Below are positions 18,512 through 28,978 of a stretch of DNA of 64,000 bases, piece after piece. Each line of letters starts with the position of its first letter. Position 1 is the stretch's first letter. The notes under the pieces are model-generated. The model had not been told where the DNA came from. It ran no database searches and saw only the letters and a list, made by a program, of their open reading frames with translations. The position numbers and the translations under genes are program-made. Source of the stretch: an uncultured Alphaproteobacteria bacterium (lineage in GTDB: Bacteria; Pseudomonadota; Alphaproteobacteria; Rhodobacterales; Rhodobacteraceae). Where the stretch lies: assembly GCA_963715835.1 (NCBI GenBank), contig CAVQSH010000003.1, forward strand, positions 25,918 through 89,917, written 5' to 3'.

Positions 18512-20503
18512 ATGGCACTTGACCGCATCAGCGAGGAAATCGCGCATTTTGCAGGTTTGTTCCACCTTGAGACCGAAGCCGCGAAGCTGCGGCTTGAATA
18601 TCAGGCTTTCCGCGCAATCACCGACGCACCCGAATTGGACCCGCTGAAGGAAGACCCTTTCGCCGGGGAATTCGACCTCAAGCTGCGCGACCTGAAGACC
18701 GGGCTTGCGCATCCGGACCAGGCCCCGCCCAGCGCACCGCCGAGCGCGCCGAAAATGTCGGCCTTGCCGCCGCAGGGACCCGAAACCCGGTCCCAGACCA
18801 CCGAGCCGCCCCAGAATACCGAGCAGGACTTTCCTGCCCTGAGCATGACCAGCATCTCCATCAGCGGCCCGATGATCGAAATCATGCCCAATTCCATCGT
18901 GCTGGCGATCGAACAGACCGCCTTTCTGGTCGACAACGACTTTCTGATCTTCGACGGCAGCGCGGTGTTCACGGATCCCGCGCTCTTTCTGACCCTTCTG
19001 CAGGACCTTGGCGAACTGGCGCAGACGCTCTCGCTGATCAGCCCCTCGATCTGGGGCCCGGACACCGGCAACATCCTGGACGCGGCCAAGCAGATGGCCG
19101 AGGCGATGGCCGAGGCCGAGGTGCCCGAGGTCGAGGGCCTCAACGCCGTCATCCTGCGCGGCGATGACGCCGAGGGGATTTTCATCAACGGCGAACGCGT
19201 CGACGAGATTCCCACGATCAAGGACCTGCTGCCGGAATTCCTGAAAGCCAAGGCCGAGGAGGCCGAGGCCACAGAGACCCCGGTCAAGTCCGATGGCGCC
19301 ACCGATTACGACCCCGGCCCCTTCGCCGTGGACCCCGGCCACCATGTCGTCACCGGCGGCAACCGGGTCATCAACGAAACCGTGCTGAAATCCGTCTGGG
19401 TCGACGCGCCCGTCATCGCGGTGGCACAGGATGTGCTGCGGCTGGACATCATCTCGCAGGTCAACCTGCGGGTCGAGGCGGCGGACCTTGTTGATCAGAC
19501 AGCGCCCGCCCCGTCCACCTCGCTCAATATCGCGCAACTGGAGCAGACCTCTTCGGTGGCCATGGGCAAGGACATTGGAAAGACAGGGGAAAATCAGGAC
19601 GACGGCCTGCCGAAATTCTGGAACGTGACCCGGCTGGACGGCGACCTGATGCTGATGAACTGGGTGCAGCAGCATATCTTCGCGACCGATTACGACCGGG
19701 TCGAAGTCCAGTTCTCCGGCGCCGCGACCTATATCGGCACCGGCGAGAACCTTGTGTTCAACGAGACGCTGATCCTGAACCTCGGGTTCCACTACGACCT
19801 GATCATGATCGGCGGCAGCATGGTCACGCTGAACCAGATCAATCAGGTCAATGTCCTGCTGGATCAGGACAAGGTCACCGGCGACGTGCCCGCAGGGGCC
19901 GCGCTGCATGCCGGCGACAACCTTCAGGTCAACACGGCCGCGATCATGACCACGGGCAAGGACTCCCTGTCCGACAAACCCGATCATTTCTCGAAAGCCC
20001 TGTCCGAACTGGCGGGCGGCGCAAAGACCATCTCGGCCGACGTCGCCCAGGACCCGCTTTTTGCCGGGAACGATGCGCTGAACGTCCTCTACATCTCGGG
20101 CGACCTGATCCAGACCAGCGTGATCGAACAGTTCAACTATCTGGGCGACTCGGATCAGATCCACTTCATCAAGGACATGTTCAGCACCGCCGCCGGTGCC
20201 GAAGTCACCGTGACCAGCGGCTCGAACGCGCAGATCAACGCGGCCACCATCGTCTCCGAAGGGCTTGATTCCACCGTCATGGCGGGCGGCGAGGCCTATA
20301 GCGACGCGCTGATCTATCAGGCCGAGCTGATCGACGACTGCGCCCCGCCCGCAGGCGTCCAGATGGACAAGCTCGCCAACGAGGCGGTGGCCTTCCTGGT
20401 CGACGACATGATCGCGCCCGCGCCCTCCGACGACTGCGGCCCCGGGATCGAGATCCACGACAGCCCCGGAACGGTGGACGTCATGCAGACCATGCTTGCC
20501 TGA
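18512..20503 (+). CDS. 663-aa acidic T1SS-associated protein with repeated beta-strand-like motifs
   Basis: Intact ORF (MALDRISEEIAHFAGLF), no signal peptide; five IxQxxxxxDxD-type and four GxNxxxN-type motifs. Confidence 0.8.
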   Translation: MALDRISEEIAHFAGLFHLETEAAKLRLEYQAFRAITDAPELDPLKEDPFAGEFDLKLRDLKTGLAHPDQAPPSAPPSAPKMSALPPQGPETRSQTTEPPQNTEQDFPALSMTSISISGPMIEIMPNSIVLAIEQTAFLVDNDFLIFDGSAVFTDPALFLTLLQDLGELAQTLSLISPSIWGPDTGNILDAAKQMAEAMAEAEVPEVEGLNAVILRGDDAEGIFINGERVDEIPTIKDLLPEFLKAKAEEAEATETPVKSDGATDYDPGPFAVDPGHHVVTGGNRVINETVLKSVWVDAPVIAVAQDVLRLDIISQVNLRVEAADLVDQTAPAPSTSLNIAQLEQTSSVAMGKDIGKTGENQDDGLPKFWNVTRLDGDLMLMNWVQQHIFATDYDRVEVQFSGAATYIGTGENLVFNETLILNLGFHYDLIMIGGSMVTLNQINQVNVLLDQDKVTGDVPAGAALHAGDNLQVNTAAIMTTGKDSLSDKPDHFSKALSELAGGAKTISADVAQDPLFAGNDALNVLYISGDLIQTSVIEQFNYLGDSDQIHFIKDMFSTAAGAEVTVTSGSNAQINAATIVSEGLDSTVMAGGEAYSDALIYQAELIDDCAPPAGVQMDKLANEAVAFLVDDMIAPAPSDDCGPGIEIHDSPGTVDVMQTMLA

Positions 20504-20548
20504 CCCTGCGACAGCCAAAGCCGACCCCGCCGCGACCGGAGAGACCCT

Positions 20549-22892
20549 TTGAACAAGATGATCGACAGACCGCTGGAATTCAGGACGGTGCGCCACCGCA
20601 CCGCGACCGGCGGTGGCACGTCACCTGCCCTGTTGCGACTGACCGAGGATTTGCGCATCCGGCCCGAAAACGCCGCTGCGCCGCAAACGCCTGCACAATC
20701 ACCGGCTCAATCACCGGCTCAATCACCTGCGGCCGAGCCCTTTGTTCTGCGCGCCCGCGCGGAACCGGCGCAACCGGCAGAACAGACTGAACCGACAGCA
20801 GCGCAGACCGCAACGCCCGGTTCCACGGCGGAGCCGACCCCGGAGCCTGCGGCAGAGACAACCGCCAGGGCGACCCCTGCCCCGGATCAGGAAGCCTCAC
20901 CCGCGGCAGAACCGGACACCGCAGACCCGTCCCCCGCAGAACCTGACCCCAAGGCCGACGCCACCCGGATGAAGGCGCTGCGCGACACCAGCGCCGCCTC
21001 GCTGACCGGCGTCACCATCGAGGGAAAGACCGGCGGCCCTGTCATGGCCGGCCCCACCAAGCCCGGCGCCGGACAGGGCGGCGGCGGCAACGGTGGTGCG
21101 AGCTTTCACAAGCGGATGGGCCCCGAGGATTTCAACCTCAGCCTGAAGCAAGGCATCCGCACCGTCTGGCGCAACCTCAGCATGGTCATGGTGCTGACCT
21201 GCGCCACCAACGTGCTGATCCTGGCCATCCCGATCTACCTGTTCCAGATCTCGGACCGGGTGCTGACCAGCCGCTCGACCGACACGCTGATCATGCTGAC
21301 CGTCGTCATCGTCGGCGCCGTGATCCTGCAATCGATGTTCGACGCGGTGCGCCGCTTCATGCTGATGCGCACGGCGGTCGAGGTGGCCGCACGCCTCGGC
21401 GCGCCGGTGCTCAGCGCGGCGGCCGCACGCCTCGCTGCACGGGTCGGGGCGCGAGTATCAGACGCTGGGCGATCTGCAACAATTGCGCGGGCTTTCTGGT
21501 CTCGGGCACGCTGATTTCCTTCCTCGACGTGCCCTTCGCGCCGCTGTTCATGCTGGCGATCTTCCTGATCCACCCGCATCTCGGAATGATCGTCATCGTC
21601 ACCGCCCTGCTGCTGCTGGTCGTCGCGCTGGTCAACCAGCGCATCACCGCCAAACCCTTTGCCGAGGCGAACGTCGCACAGGCCAAGGCCAACATGCATC
21701 TGGATTCGATGTCGCGCAACAGCCAGATCATCAACGCCATGGCGATGATCCCCGAGGCGGTGACGATCTGGGGCCGCGACACGGCAGACTCGCTGATCGC
21801 GCAGGTGCGGGCGCAGGATCGCAACATCATCAGCGCCTCGGTCGCCGCGCGGTCCGGCTGCTGACGCAGATCGGGATGCTGGGCTGGGGCGCCTATCTTG
21901 CGCATCGACGGGCAGATCACCGGCGGCATGGTGATCGCCGCCTCGATCGTCGCCGGGCGCGCGCTCGCCCCGATCGAAGGCTCGATCGAGGGCTGGAACG
22001 CCTTCATCCTCGCGCGCGCCGCCTATGACCGGGTCGCGGCCCTGCTGCGCAGCTCGCGGCTGCAATTCGAACGGCTGCGGCTGCCGCGCCCCGAAGGCCG
22101 GCTGAACGTCGAGCGGCTGCTCTACGTGCCCGGCGGCACCAAGCAGGTGATCCTGAACGGCATCAGCTTTGCGCTCGGACCCCGGCGACACGCTGGCGGT
22201 GATCGGCAATTCCGGCGCCGGCAAGACCACGCTGGGCAAGATGCTGGTGGGCTCGATCCTGCCGACCTCGGGCAATGTGCGGCTCGACCTCATGGACCTG
22301 CGCAACTGGGACCCGCGCCAGCTGGGCGAGAACATCGGCTACCTGCCGCAGGACGTGCAGCTCTTCCCCGGCACGATCAAGGACAACATCGCCCGGATGC
22401 GCGCCGATGCGACCGACGAGCAGATCCACCGCGCCGCCGTTCTGGCCGATGTGCACGAGATGATCGCCAGCCTGCCGCAGGGCTATGAAACCATGGTCGC
22501 CGCCGACGGCTCGCCGCTGTCGGGCGGACAGAAACAGCGCATCGCGCTGGCGCGCGCCTTCTTCGGCAACCCGCGCTTCGTGGTGCTGGACGAGCCGAAC
22601 TCGAACCTCGACACCGCAGGCGACAAGGCGCTGGCCCGCGCCATCGACCATGCGCGCAAGGAAAAGGATCACCGTGGTCGTCATCACGCAGAAACCCTCG
22701 CTGCTGAATGTCGTGGACAAGATCATGCTGCTGGCCAATGGCGGCGTGGCCCTGTTCGGACAGCGCGACAAGGTGATGGCCCAGTTGAACCCCGGCGCTG
22801 CCCCGGCGGGACAGGTCCCCGGCAAAGGCCCCGCAAGCATCGCCCGCCCGTCGCAATCCGGCCCGTCGTCAGGAACACCCAGCCATGTCTGA
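20549..22892 (+). CDS. Type I secretion ABC transporter (PrtD/AprD-like) with long Pro/Ala-rich N-terminal extension; several frameshifts
   Basis: PIYLFQISDRVLTSRSTDTL, MVIAASIVAGRALAPIE, GNSGAGKTT, IGYLPQDVQLF, LSGGQKQRIALARA, LDEPNSNLD, spread over consecutive ORF fragments. Confidence 0.9.
20696..20731 (+). repeat. 12-bp tandem repeat encoding QSPA x3
   Basis: caatcaccggct caatcaccggct caatcacctgcg. Confidence 0.85.
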
Positions 22893-24226
22893 TCTGTCCG
22901 TCATCCCCCGCCCCGACACCTGGTATCAGGACGTGCCACGCTCGATCAGCAAGCAGGCCGCCTTCGGCCTTGTGCTGATGCTGGTGACCTTCGGCGGTTT
23001 CGGCACATGGGCGATGATGGCCCCGCTGGCCGCCGCCGTGATCGCGCAGGGCAGTTTCGTGGCCACGGGCCAGAACAAGATCGTCCAGCATCTGGAAGGC
23101 GGCATCATCGCGGACATTCTGGTCAAGGAGGGCGACCGCGTCACCGAAGGTCAGGTCATGCTGACTCTGGACCAGACCCTTGCCCTGGCGACCACGCGCG
23201 AACTGACCCTGCGGCGGATCCGTCTTGAGGCGACGCAGGCCCGGCTGATGGCCGAACAGCAGCATCTGGACGAGCTGGTTTTCCCCGCGCATCTCGAGGC
23301 AGAGCGGGACGACCCGCAGGCCGCGATGATCCTTGACGGGCAGACGCTGGCCTTTCAGGCCTCCAGCGCCAGCCTTGCCAATGATATCAGCGTCATCTCG
23401 CGCAACCTTGAAGCCTTGGACATCCGCACCACCGGCTATGGCATCCAGCTTGACGCGACCCAGAGCCAGCTTGCCCTTCTGGCCGAGGAGCTTGAGGCCA
23501 AGACCCAGCTGGTCGAAAGCGGCCTGTCCCGGCGCAGCGAGGCGCTGGCCCTGCGCCGCGCCATGCTCGAGGCGGATGGGCAGGTCGGACGCCTTCAGGC
23601 GGAAATCGCCGAACTGACCGAGATGCGCGCCAAGTTCGACGCGCAGATCTCCAAGACCCGCGACGACTACAGCCGCAACGCGCTGACACAGTTGCAGACC
23701 ATCGAAAGCGAACTGGAAAGCGTGCGCGAACAGCAGCGCAAATCCAAGAACATCCTGAACCGGACGGATGTCATCGCGCCGGTGTCGGGCACCGTCGTGC
23801 GTCTTTACTATCACACCACGGGCGGGGTCGTGGAAACCGGTCGTCCGATCGTCGAGATCCTGCCCTCGGACGCGCCGCTGATCATCGAGGTGCTGATCCC
23901 GCGCACCAGTATCGACGACGTCCATGTCGGCCAGAAAGCCACCGTGCGCCTGACCGGGCTCAACCAGCGCACCACGCCGGTCCTCAACGGGACCGTCAAT
24001 TATCGTCTCGGCCGATGCCATCGCCGACGGCTCCAACGGCACCCGGCGCGAGGTCTATCTGTCCCATGTGACCATCTCGCCCGAGGAAATGCAGCGGGTC
24101 CAGAACTTCTCGCCGACACCCGGGATGCCGGCCGAAATCATGATCCAGACGGCGGAACGCACCTTCGCGCAATACCTGGCGAAACCTGTGCTGGACAGCA
24201 TGTCGCGGGCCTTCCGCGAACAATAG
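22885..24226 (+). CDS. HlyD/PrtE-family T1SS membrane fusion protein (frameshift near 24004)
   Basis: VQHLEGGII..VKEGDRV, IAPVSGTV, HTTGGVV; corrected C-terminus YVSADA..PGMPAEIMIQTAERTFAQYLAKPVLDSMSRAFREQ*. Confidence 0.92.
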
Positions 24227-24550
24227 GTTTCCCTGGCAACACCTTGTGAAAATTGGGATATTCCTGACCGGACGCCCTCCCTGCCACCGGTCCGGGCGCA
24301 GCCCCGGACGTCTGGTGGAATGGGGGGCAATCTGGGACAGCAGAGCTTGCGGCCGTGACCGCAGCGACCCGGCAGAGCATGCATCCCGCAACCGCAGGGT
24401 TATTGCATCGCGGCCACACTCTCCCGCAAGGGTTTCGTTTTTCCTTGTTTTTAAGGCTTTCTGACCGCACCCTCCTGCCTTGAGCACACCCGACCGACAA
24501 GCTGGCGTCAAAGTCCGGCGCGGACGGGACAACACAGGCAGGACATCGAC

Positions 24551-25945
24551 ATGAGCGATTTCTTCTCGCGCAGGACTGGACGCGGCGTCGTGGTTCTGGC
24601 GGCATTGTCGCTTGGTGCAGGCTGCACCGAGACACCCTATACACCGCCGATCTTTCCCTTCCTCGGCACCTACAAGGCGCAGGCGGACAGTGTGCCGCGT
24701 GTTCTGGACAACATGGACTGGTGGCGCGCCTTCAAGGACCCGGTCCTGGACAGGCTGGTGGAACAGGCCTTGTCGGGCAACCTCAGCCTTGATCTGGCGC
24801 AGGAACGCGTGATCGAGGCGCGGGCTGCGCGCGACAGCCTGCCTCAGGCGGCGAACCTGTCGCCCAGCGCAAGGGTGCAGCGCGAAAGGCAGAATGGCGG
24901 GCCGGATCTGACACGCTCCGACGCCTCCCTCGGGTTCGACTGGCTTCTGGACATCTACGGCGCGCGGCGCGCGCAGGTCGAGGCCGCCGGCGCAAGGGTG
25001 GAGGTCGCGGATGCCGAGGCGGATGCCGCACGCCTTCTGCTGATGCTGAACCTGACGAATGCCTATGTGGATCTGCGCTTCCAGCAAACGAGCCTGCACC
25101 TGCGCCGCGCGGAACTGCGCTCCCGGCGTCAGACACTGGACATGATCGAAACCCTGGTGAGAGGCGATGCCGCCACCCGGATCGACATTGTCCGCGCCCA
25201 GGCGCTTGTCGCCGAGACACGGGCCGAACTGCCGGGGATCGAGGCCTCCATCGCCAGCCTGAAGAACGAGATCGCCGTCCTCTCGGGCCGGATACCGGGT
25301 CAGCCCGGGCCGGATCTGGACAGCCGCGCCAGCCAGCCGCGCGTAACCCTGTCGCCCAAGGTCGGCATTCCCGCCGATCTGCTGCGCAACCGCCCCGATA
25401 TCCGCGTGGCAGAGCGCAGCTACTATGCCGCCCTGCGCGACGTCAAAACCGCCAGCGCCGCACTCTATCCGCAACTGTCGCTGGGCGGCACGCTCAGCCT
25501 CACATCGCTGTCGGGCAATCAGAGCACCGACTACGTCTTCGGCCCGGCCCTGCGCCTGCCGCTTTTGCCGGCGCAGGCAGGGCGGGCCAATGTCGCGCTG
25601 CGCGAATCGCGGGTGCGTCAGGCGCATACGGCCTGGCGTCTTGCCGTGCTGGAAGCGATCGGAGACGTGGAAAGCGCGCTCAGCGCCTATGATGCAAGCG
25701 TGCGCGCGCGCGGTGCGTCGGAGGAAACGGTCCGGCTCTACGCCGAGGCCCTGCGCCTCACCCGTGAAAGCGTCGGACAGGATGGCGGCACCGTGCGGGA
25801 TCTGATCGACGCGGAACAGAACCTGGCCGTGGCCAATGCAGGCCTTGCCAATGCCCTGCGGCAACTGGGCCGCAGCTATATCGCGCTCAACGTCAGCCTG
25901 GGTGCGGGCAATCGCTACGGTGCCGTGATCGCGGCCGCGAAATAA
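24551..25945 (+). CDS. Outer-membrane efflux lipoprotein (NodT/OprM/TolC family)
   Basis: Lipobox LGAG-C, WWRAFKDPVLDRLVEQAL, GIPADLLRNRPDIRVAE, ALYPQLSL. Confidence 0.92.
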   Translation: MSDFFSRRTGRGVVVLAALSLGAGCTETPYTPPIFPFLGTYKAQADSVPRVLDNMDWWRAFKDPVLDRLVEQALSGNLSLDLAQERVIEARAARDSLPQAANLSPSARVQRERQNGGPDLTRSDASLGFDWLLDIYGARRAQVEAAGARVEVADAEADAARLLLMLNLTNAYVDLRFQQTSLHLRRAELRSRRQTLDMIETLVRGDAATRIDIVRAQALVAETRAELPGIEASIASLKNEIAVLSGRIPGQPGPDLDSRASQPRVTLSPKVGIPADLLRNRPDIRVAERSYYAALRDVKTASAALYPQLSLGGTLSLTSLSGNQSTDYVFGPALRLPLLPAQAGRANVALRESRVRQAHTAWRLAVLEAIGDVESALSAYDASVRARGASEETVRLYAEALRLTRESVGQDGGTVRDLIDAEQNLAVANAGLANALRQLGRSYIALNVSLGAGNRYGAVIAAAK

Positions 25946-26140
25946 CCCGAAGGCCGGCGGGTCGGTCGACCGCGCCCCCGGCATCTGCGGATACACCGGC
26001 GCAAAAACAGTCGCGACATGACAGGCGCGATCTGAATCGCTGCGGCGCGGCGACTCTTTTGTTGCAAAATCCATCCAAGGCTGTTCAACTTCAGGCGGGG
26101 CAATTGTGCGGCCCTTTGTGCGGTAACGAGGATTTTTAGT

Positions 26141-27067
26141 GTGACGGATGTTTACATCACGGGCGCCTCCGGCGTCCTGGGGTCCGAACTGGCCCATCAT
26201 TTCGTGAAAAACAGCAGTTTCCGTGTGGCCGCCGTATCGCGCCGCCCCTGCCCCTTGCTCCCGCTGGACCACCCGGCGCAGATCACCGTGGGCAACCCCT
26301 TTGACGCCGACTGGTTCTCGCCCGACAGGGCGGACGCCACCATCCTGCATTGCGCCGGCCTGTCCGATCCGCGAAAGGATTTCGACAGCTTCGCCACGCT
26401 GGCGCAGGATCATATCCTGCCCCATGTCGCCATGGTCGAATCGCTCCTCGCGCGCGGCTGGAAAGGGCGTCTGGTCTATTTCTCCTCGGGCGGCGCGGTC
26501 TATGGAAACACGCTGCAACTGCCGATCCCCGAAACCCATCCCACAAGCCCCATCAGTTTCTATGGCCTGCACAAGCTGTGCCTGGAGCGGGCGCTGGAGC
26601 ATCTGGCCCGCACCAGGGGGTTCGAGCTGATCATCCTGCGTGTCTCCAACCCCTACGGCGCGACCGTGAGCAAGCTGAACCAGGGGGTCATCCCGATCCT
26701 GTTCCGGGCCTATCTCACCGACAGCCTGTTCAACGTGATCGGAGACGGCTCGGCCCAGCGCGACTACATCGAAATCTCGGATCTGTGCCGCGCGGTCTCT
26801 CTTTGCGTGACCCATCAGATGCAGGACCATATCCTGACGCTGAACATCGGCAGCGGCGACGGCATCGCCCTGTCCGATCTGATCACGATGATCGGCGGTG
26901 TCCTGAACCGGCGGCTGCGGACGCGCCATCTCAAGGCCGTGCATGATGTGCATTCCAACATCCTCTGCCGCCGCCGCGCGCGCGAGGTGCTGGGCTGGCA
27001 ACCCCATGTGCCTTTGGGCGAGGGGCTTCATCGCTACGTGGAAAAATGCGGATTGCTGGTGTCCTGA
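26141..27067 (+). CDS. NAD-dependent sugar epimerase/dehydratase
   Basis: ITGASGVLG, SSGGAVYG, YGLHK (YxxxK), LRVSNPYG, RDYIEISD. Confidence 0.9.
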   Translation: MTDVYITGASGVLGSELAHHFVKNSSFRVAAVSRRPCPLLPLDHPAQITVGNPFDADWFSPDRADATILHCAGLSDPRKDFDSFATLAQDHILPHVAMVESLLARGWKGRLVYFSSGGAVYGNTLQLPIPETHPTSPISFYGLHKLCLERALEHLARTRGFELIILRVSNPYGATVSKLNQGVIPILFRAYLTDSLFNVIGDGSAQRDYIEISDLCRAVSLCVTHQMQDHILTLNIGSGDGIALSDLITMIGGVLNRRLRTRHLKAVHDVHSNILCRRRAREVLGWQPHVPLGEGLHRYVEKCGLLVS

Positions 27068-27168
27068 CAGCCGACCCCGGCTGCCAGGACGCAGGCCCGG
27101 CAAGACCCCGCGCAACGGGCGCATACATATGCGCAGGGCCAACCTGACCATCGCGCCGATGACCATCA

Positions 27169-28197
27169 TCATGGCCGGAAAAAGCGGTAACACCCGCGTC
27201 CCTCGTGCTTGGCCTGATACAAGGCCCGGTCTGCATCGGCCATCATCCGTCCGATATCAGGCGGGGTGTAGTCGCCCGACACCACGATCCCCACACTGCA
27301 CGAGATCAGGCATTGCGCCGCGCCATGCGGTATCGGCTGGCAAAGCCGGTCGATGATCCGCCCGGCGATCCCCTGCAATTGCGCCGGGTCCTGCAGCGCG
27401 GGAAACAGCAGAACGAATTCGTCGCCGCCAAGTCGTGCCGCCGTATCACCGATGCGGATTTCTTCGCTCAGCACCTGCGCCACATGCCGCAGCACATGGT
27501 CGCCCGCCGCATGACCCAGCCTGTCGTTGACTGCCTTGAACCGGTCCAGATCCAGATGCATCAGGGCAAAGCCCCCGGGCGCCCGTTCCAGCCGGGTCAA
27601 GCGCTGCTCCAGCGCGCGCCGGTTGGCAAGACCGGTCAGCGTATCGGTCAGCGCCTGCGCCTCGACCGCCACCATGGCGCCGCGCAGACGCAGGTTCAGC
27701 TTGCGGCTTTCCTCGATCGCGGCGGATTTCGCCTCGGCCAGATAGAGCATCTCGACCGTCATGTCGGTTGGCGCGAAATCGCTGCTGCTCAGCGCGTAAT
27801 CCTTCAGGGCCTCGAGGATCGACATCCCGAAGGACAGGTTCAGGACCGCCCCCTCGCCCATCGGCACGAGACAGCCCTTGAAACTGGTGTGCGGGCTGTC
27901 ACTGAACACAAGCCGCAGAGTGCCCCGCTCGGGCTGCATCAGATCCGCGACGCTCCGGACCCCGCGCGGCCGGGCCACATCGAAGATTTGCAGAAACGGC
28001 AGACCAAGCAGCCCGCCCGCCGGACGCAGCCGCGTCAGCGTGGGGCCGGCGTGGATCACATCGCCAGCGGTGTCGATCACAAGATGCATCGGACAGAGCA
28101 CATCCAGAACCGCCCGCAGCCCTTCGGCCTGCCCGATCCCATCGGCGCCGCATAAAACGGTTGCGCCCGTGGTCCCTTGCGCCCCTTGCTCCGCCAT
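27169..28197 (-). CDS. Diguanylate cyclase with H-NOX-associated PAS/HNOBA-like domain
   Basis: DFAPTDMTVEMLYL, TDTLTGLANRR, DLDRFKAVND..GHAAGD, RLGGDEF. Confidence 0.92.
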   Translation of the reverse strand: MAEQGAQGTTGATVLCGADGIGQAEGLRAVLDVLCPMHLVIDTAGDVIHAGPTLTRLRPAGGLLGLPFLQIFDVARPRGVRSVADLMQPERGTLRLVFSDSPHTSFKGCLVPMGEGAVLNLSFGMSILEALKDYALSSSDFAPTDMTVEMLYLAEAKSAAIEESRKLNLRLRGAMVAVEAQALTDTLTGLANRRALEQRLTRLERAPGGFALMHLDLDRFKAVNDRLGHAAGDHVLRHVAQVLSEEIRIGDTAARLGGDEFVLLFPALQDPAQLQGIAGRIIDRLCQPIPHGAAQCLISCSVGIVVSGDYTPPDIGRMMADADRALYQAKHEGRGCYRFFRP

Positions 28198-28199
28198 GG

Positions 28200-28811
28200 C
28201 TAGCCCACCCGCTGGCCAAGCTCGAACCGGCGTCCGGTGCTGAAGGCCCGTTCGATCAGCCTGATCTCGATCATTTCACAACCCGCGCCCGATCCGGAAT
28301 GATCCAGCAGGACAAGCGCGCCATAGTCATCCGCCATGGCCCGCAACACACCCATCATCACATGGCCGAAGCCGACCATCGGCGCATCCGTCCGATAGGG
28401 CGGGCCGGTCAGGCAGCGCAGGCTGAAACGATCCGCAGCATGGTCATGCAGTTCCAGTTCCGGCAGATCCAGGTCCGAAACGGCCAGCCGGGCGCGATCG
28501 CGCAGATCATCCAGCGAGTGGAGGAAATCGACAAAGTTCTCCCCCCCGAAACGCAAAAGCCGCCGCAACGCGCCGACATTGGGGTGGGACACAAGATAGG
28601 TGCCGATATCTTCCAGAACCTCCGCCTCGGGGCGTGACAGGACCTGCCCGACCGCATCCAGCACCCGGCGGGTCAGCGCGGGATCATGGCTCAGCATCGC
28701 GTCGAACCCGGGGCTGTCCAGCCCGGCGGTGCGCGCCACATCGTGCCACGCCTCACCGCCATGCAGATCCGTCACGAAACACTGTATCGCCCGATTGACC
28801 AGCCCATGCAT
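28200..28811 (-). CDS. H-NOX (heme NO-binding) domain protein, atypical
   Basis: MHGLVNRAIQCFV..HGGEAW, LEDIG, LLRFGGENFVDFLHSLDDL, LDLPEL; directly upstream of the DGC. Confidence 0.88.
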   Translation of the reverse strand: MHGLVNRAIQCFVTDLHGGEAWHDVARTAGLDSPGFDAMLSHDPALTRRVLDAVGQVLSRPEAEVLEDIGTYLVSHPNVGALRRLLRFGGENFVDFLHSLDDLRDRARLAVSDLDLPELELHDHAADRFSLRCLTGPPYRTDAPMVGFGHVMMGVLRAMADDYGALVLLDHSGSGAGCEMIEIRLIERAFSTGRRFELGQRVG

Positions 28812-28907
28812 GGCACACCCTTTCCCTCGCTCGGGCCAGTCTGGCGGCCAAGGTTTAAGATTTGCCCAATAGTCTCAATTTGACGGATATTCCCGCCGCG
28901 TGCCGGT

Positions 28908-28978
28908 CGTCTTCTTGCAGCGAATATCCTCGGGGGGACGCGCTCAGCGCAACATAACATTGGGGGGCAGAAAGCCCC
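28908..28978 (+). repeat. REP-like intergenic element
   Basis: cgtcttcttgcagcgaatatcc followed by a G-run and gggcagaaagcccc; same family as 41769, 47396 and 50600. Confidence 0.6.

Noticed and set aside
16324-20596. 713-aa and 723-aa minus-strand ORFs
   Set aside because: Antisense to the Gly-rich and 663-aa genes, which have the RBS, operon context and coherent motifs.
23996-27193. 1065-aa minus-strand ORF
   Set aside because: Antisense shadow of the outer-membrane channel and epimerase genes; no recognisable motifs; typical high-GC artefact.
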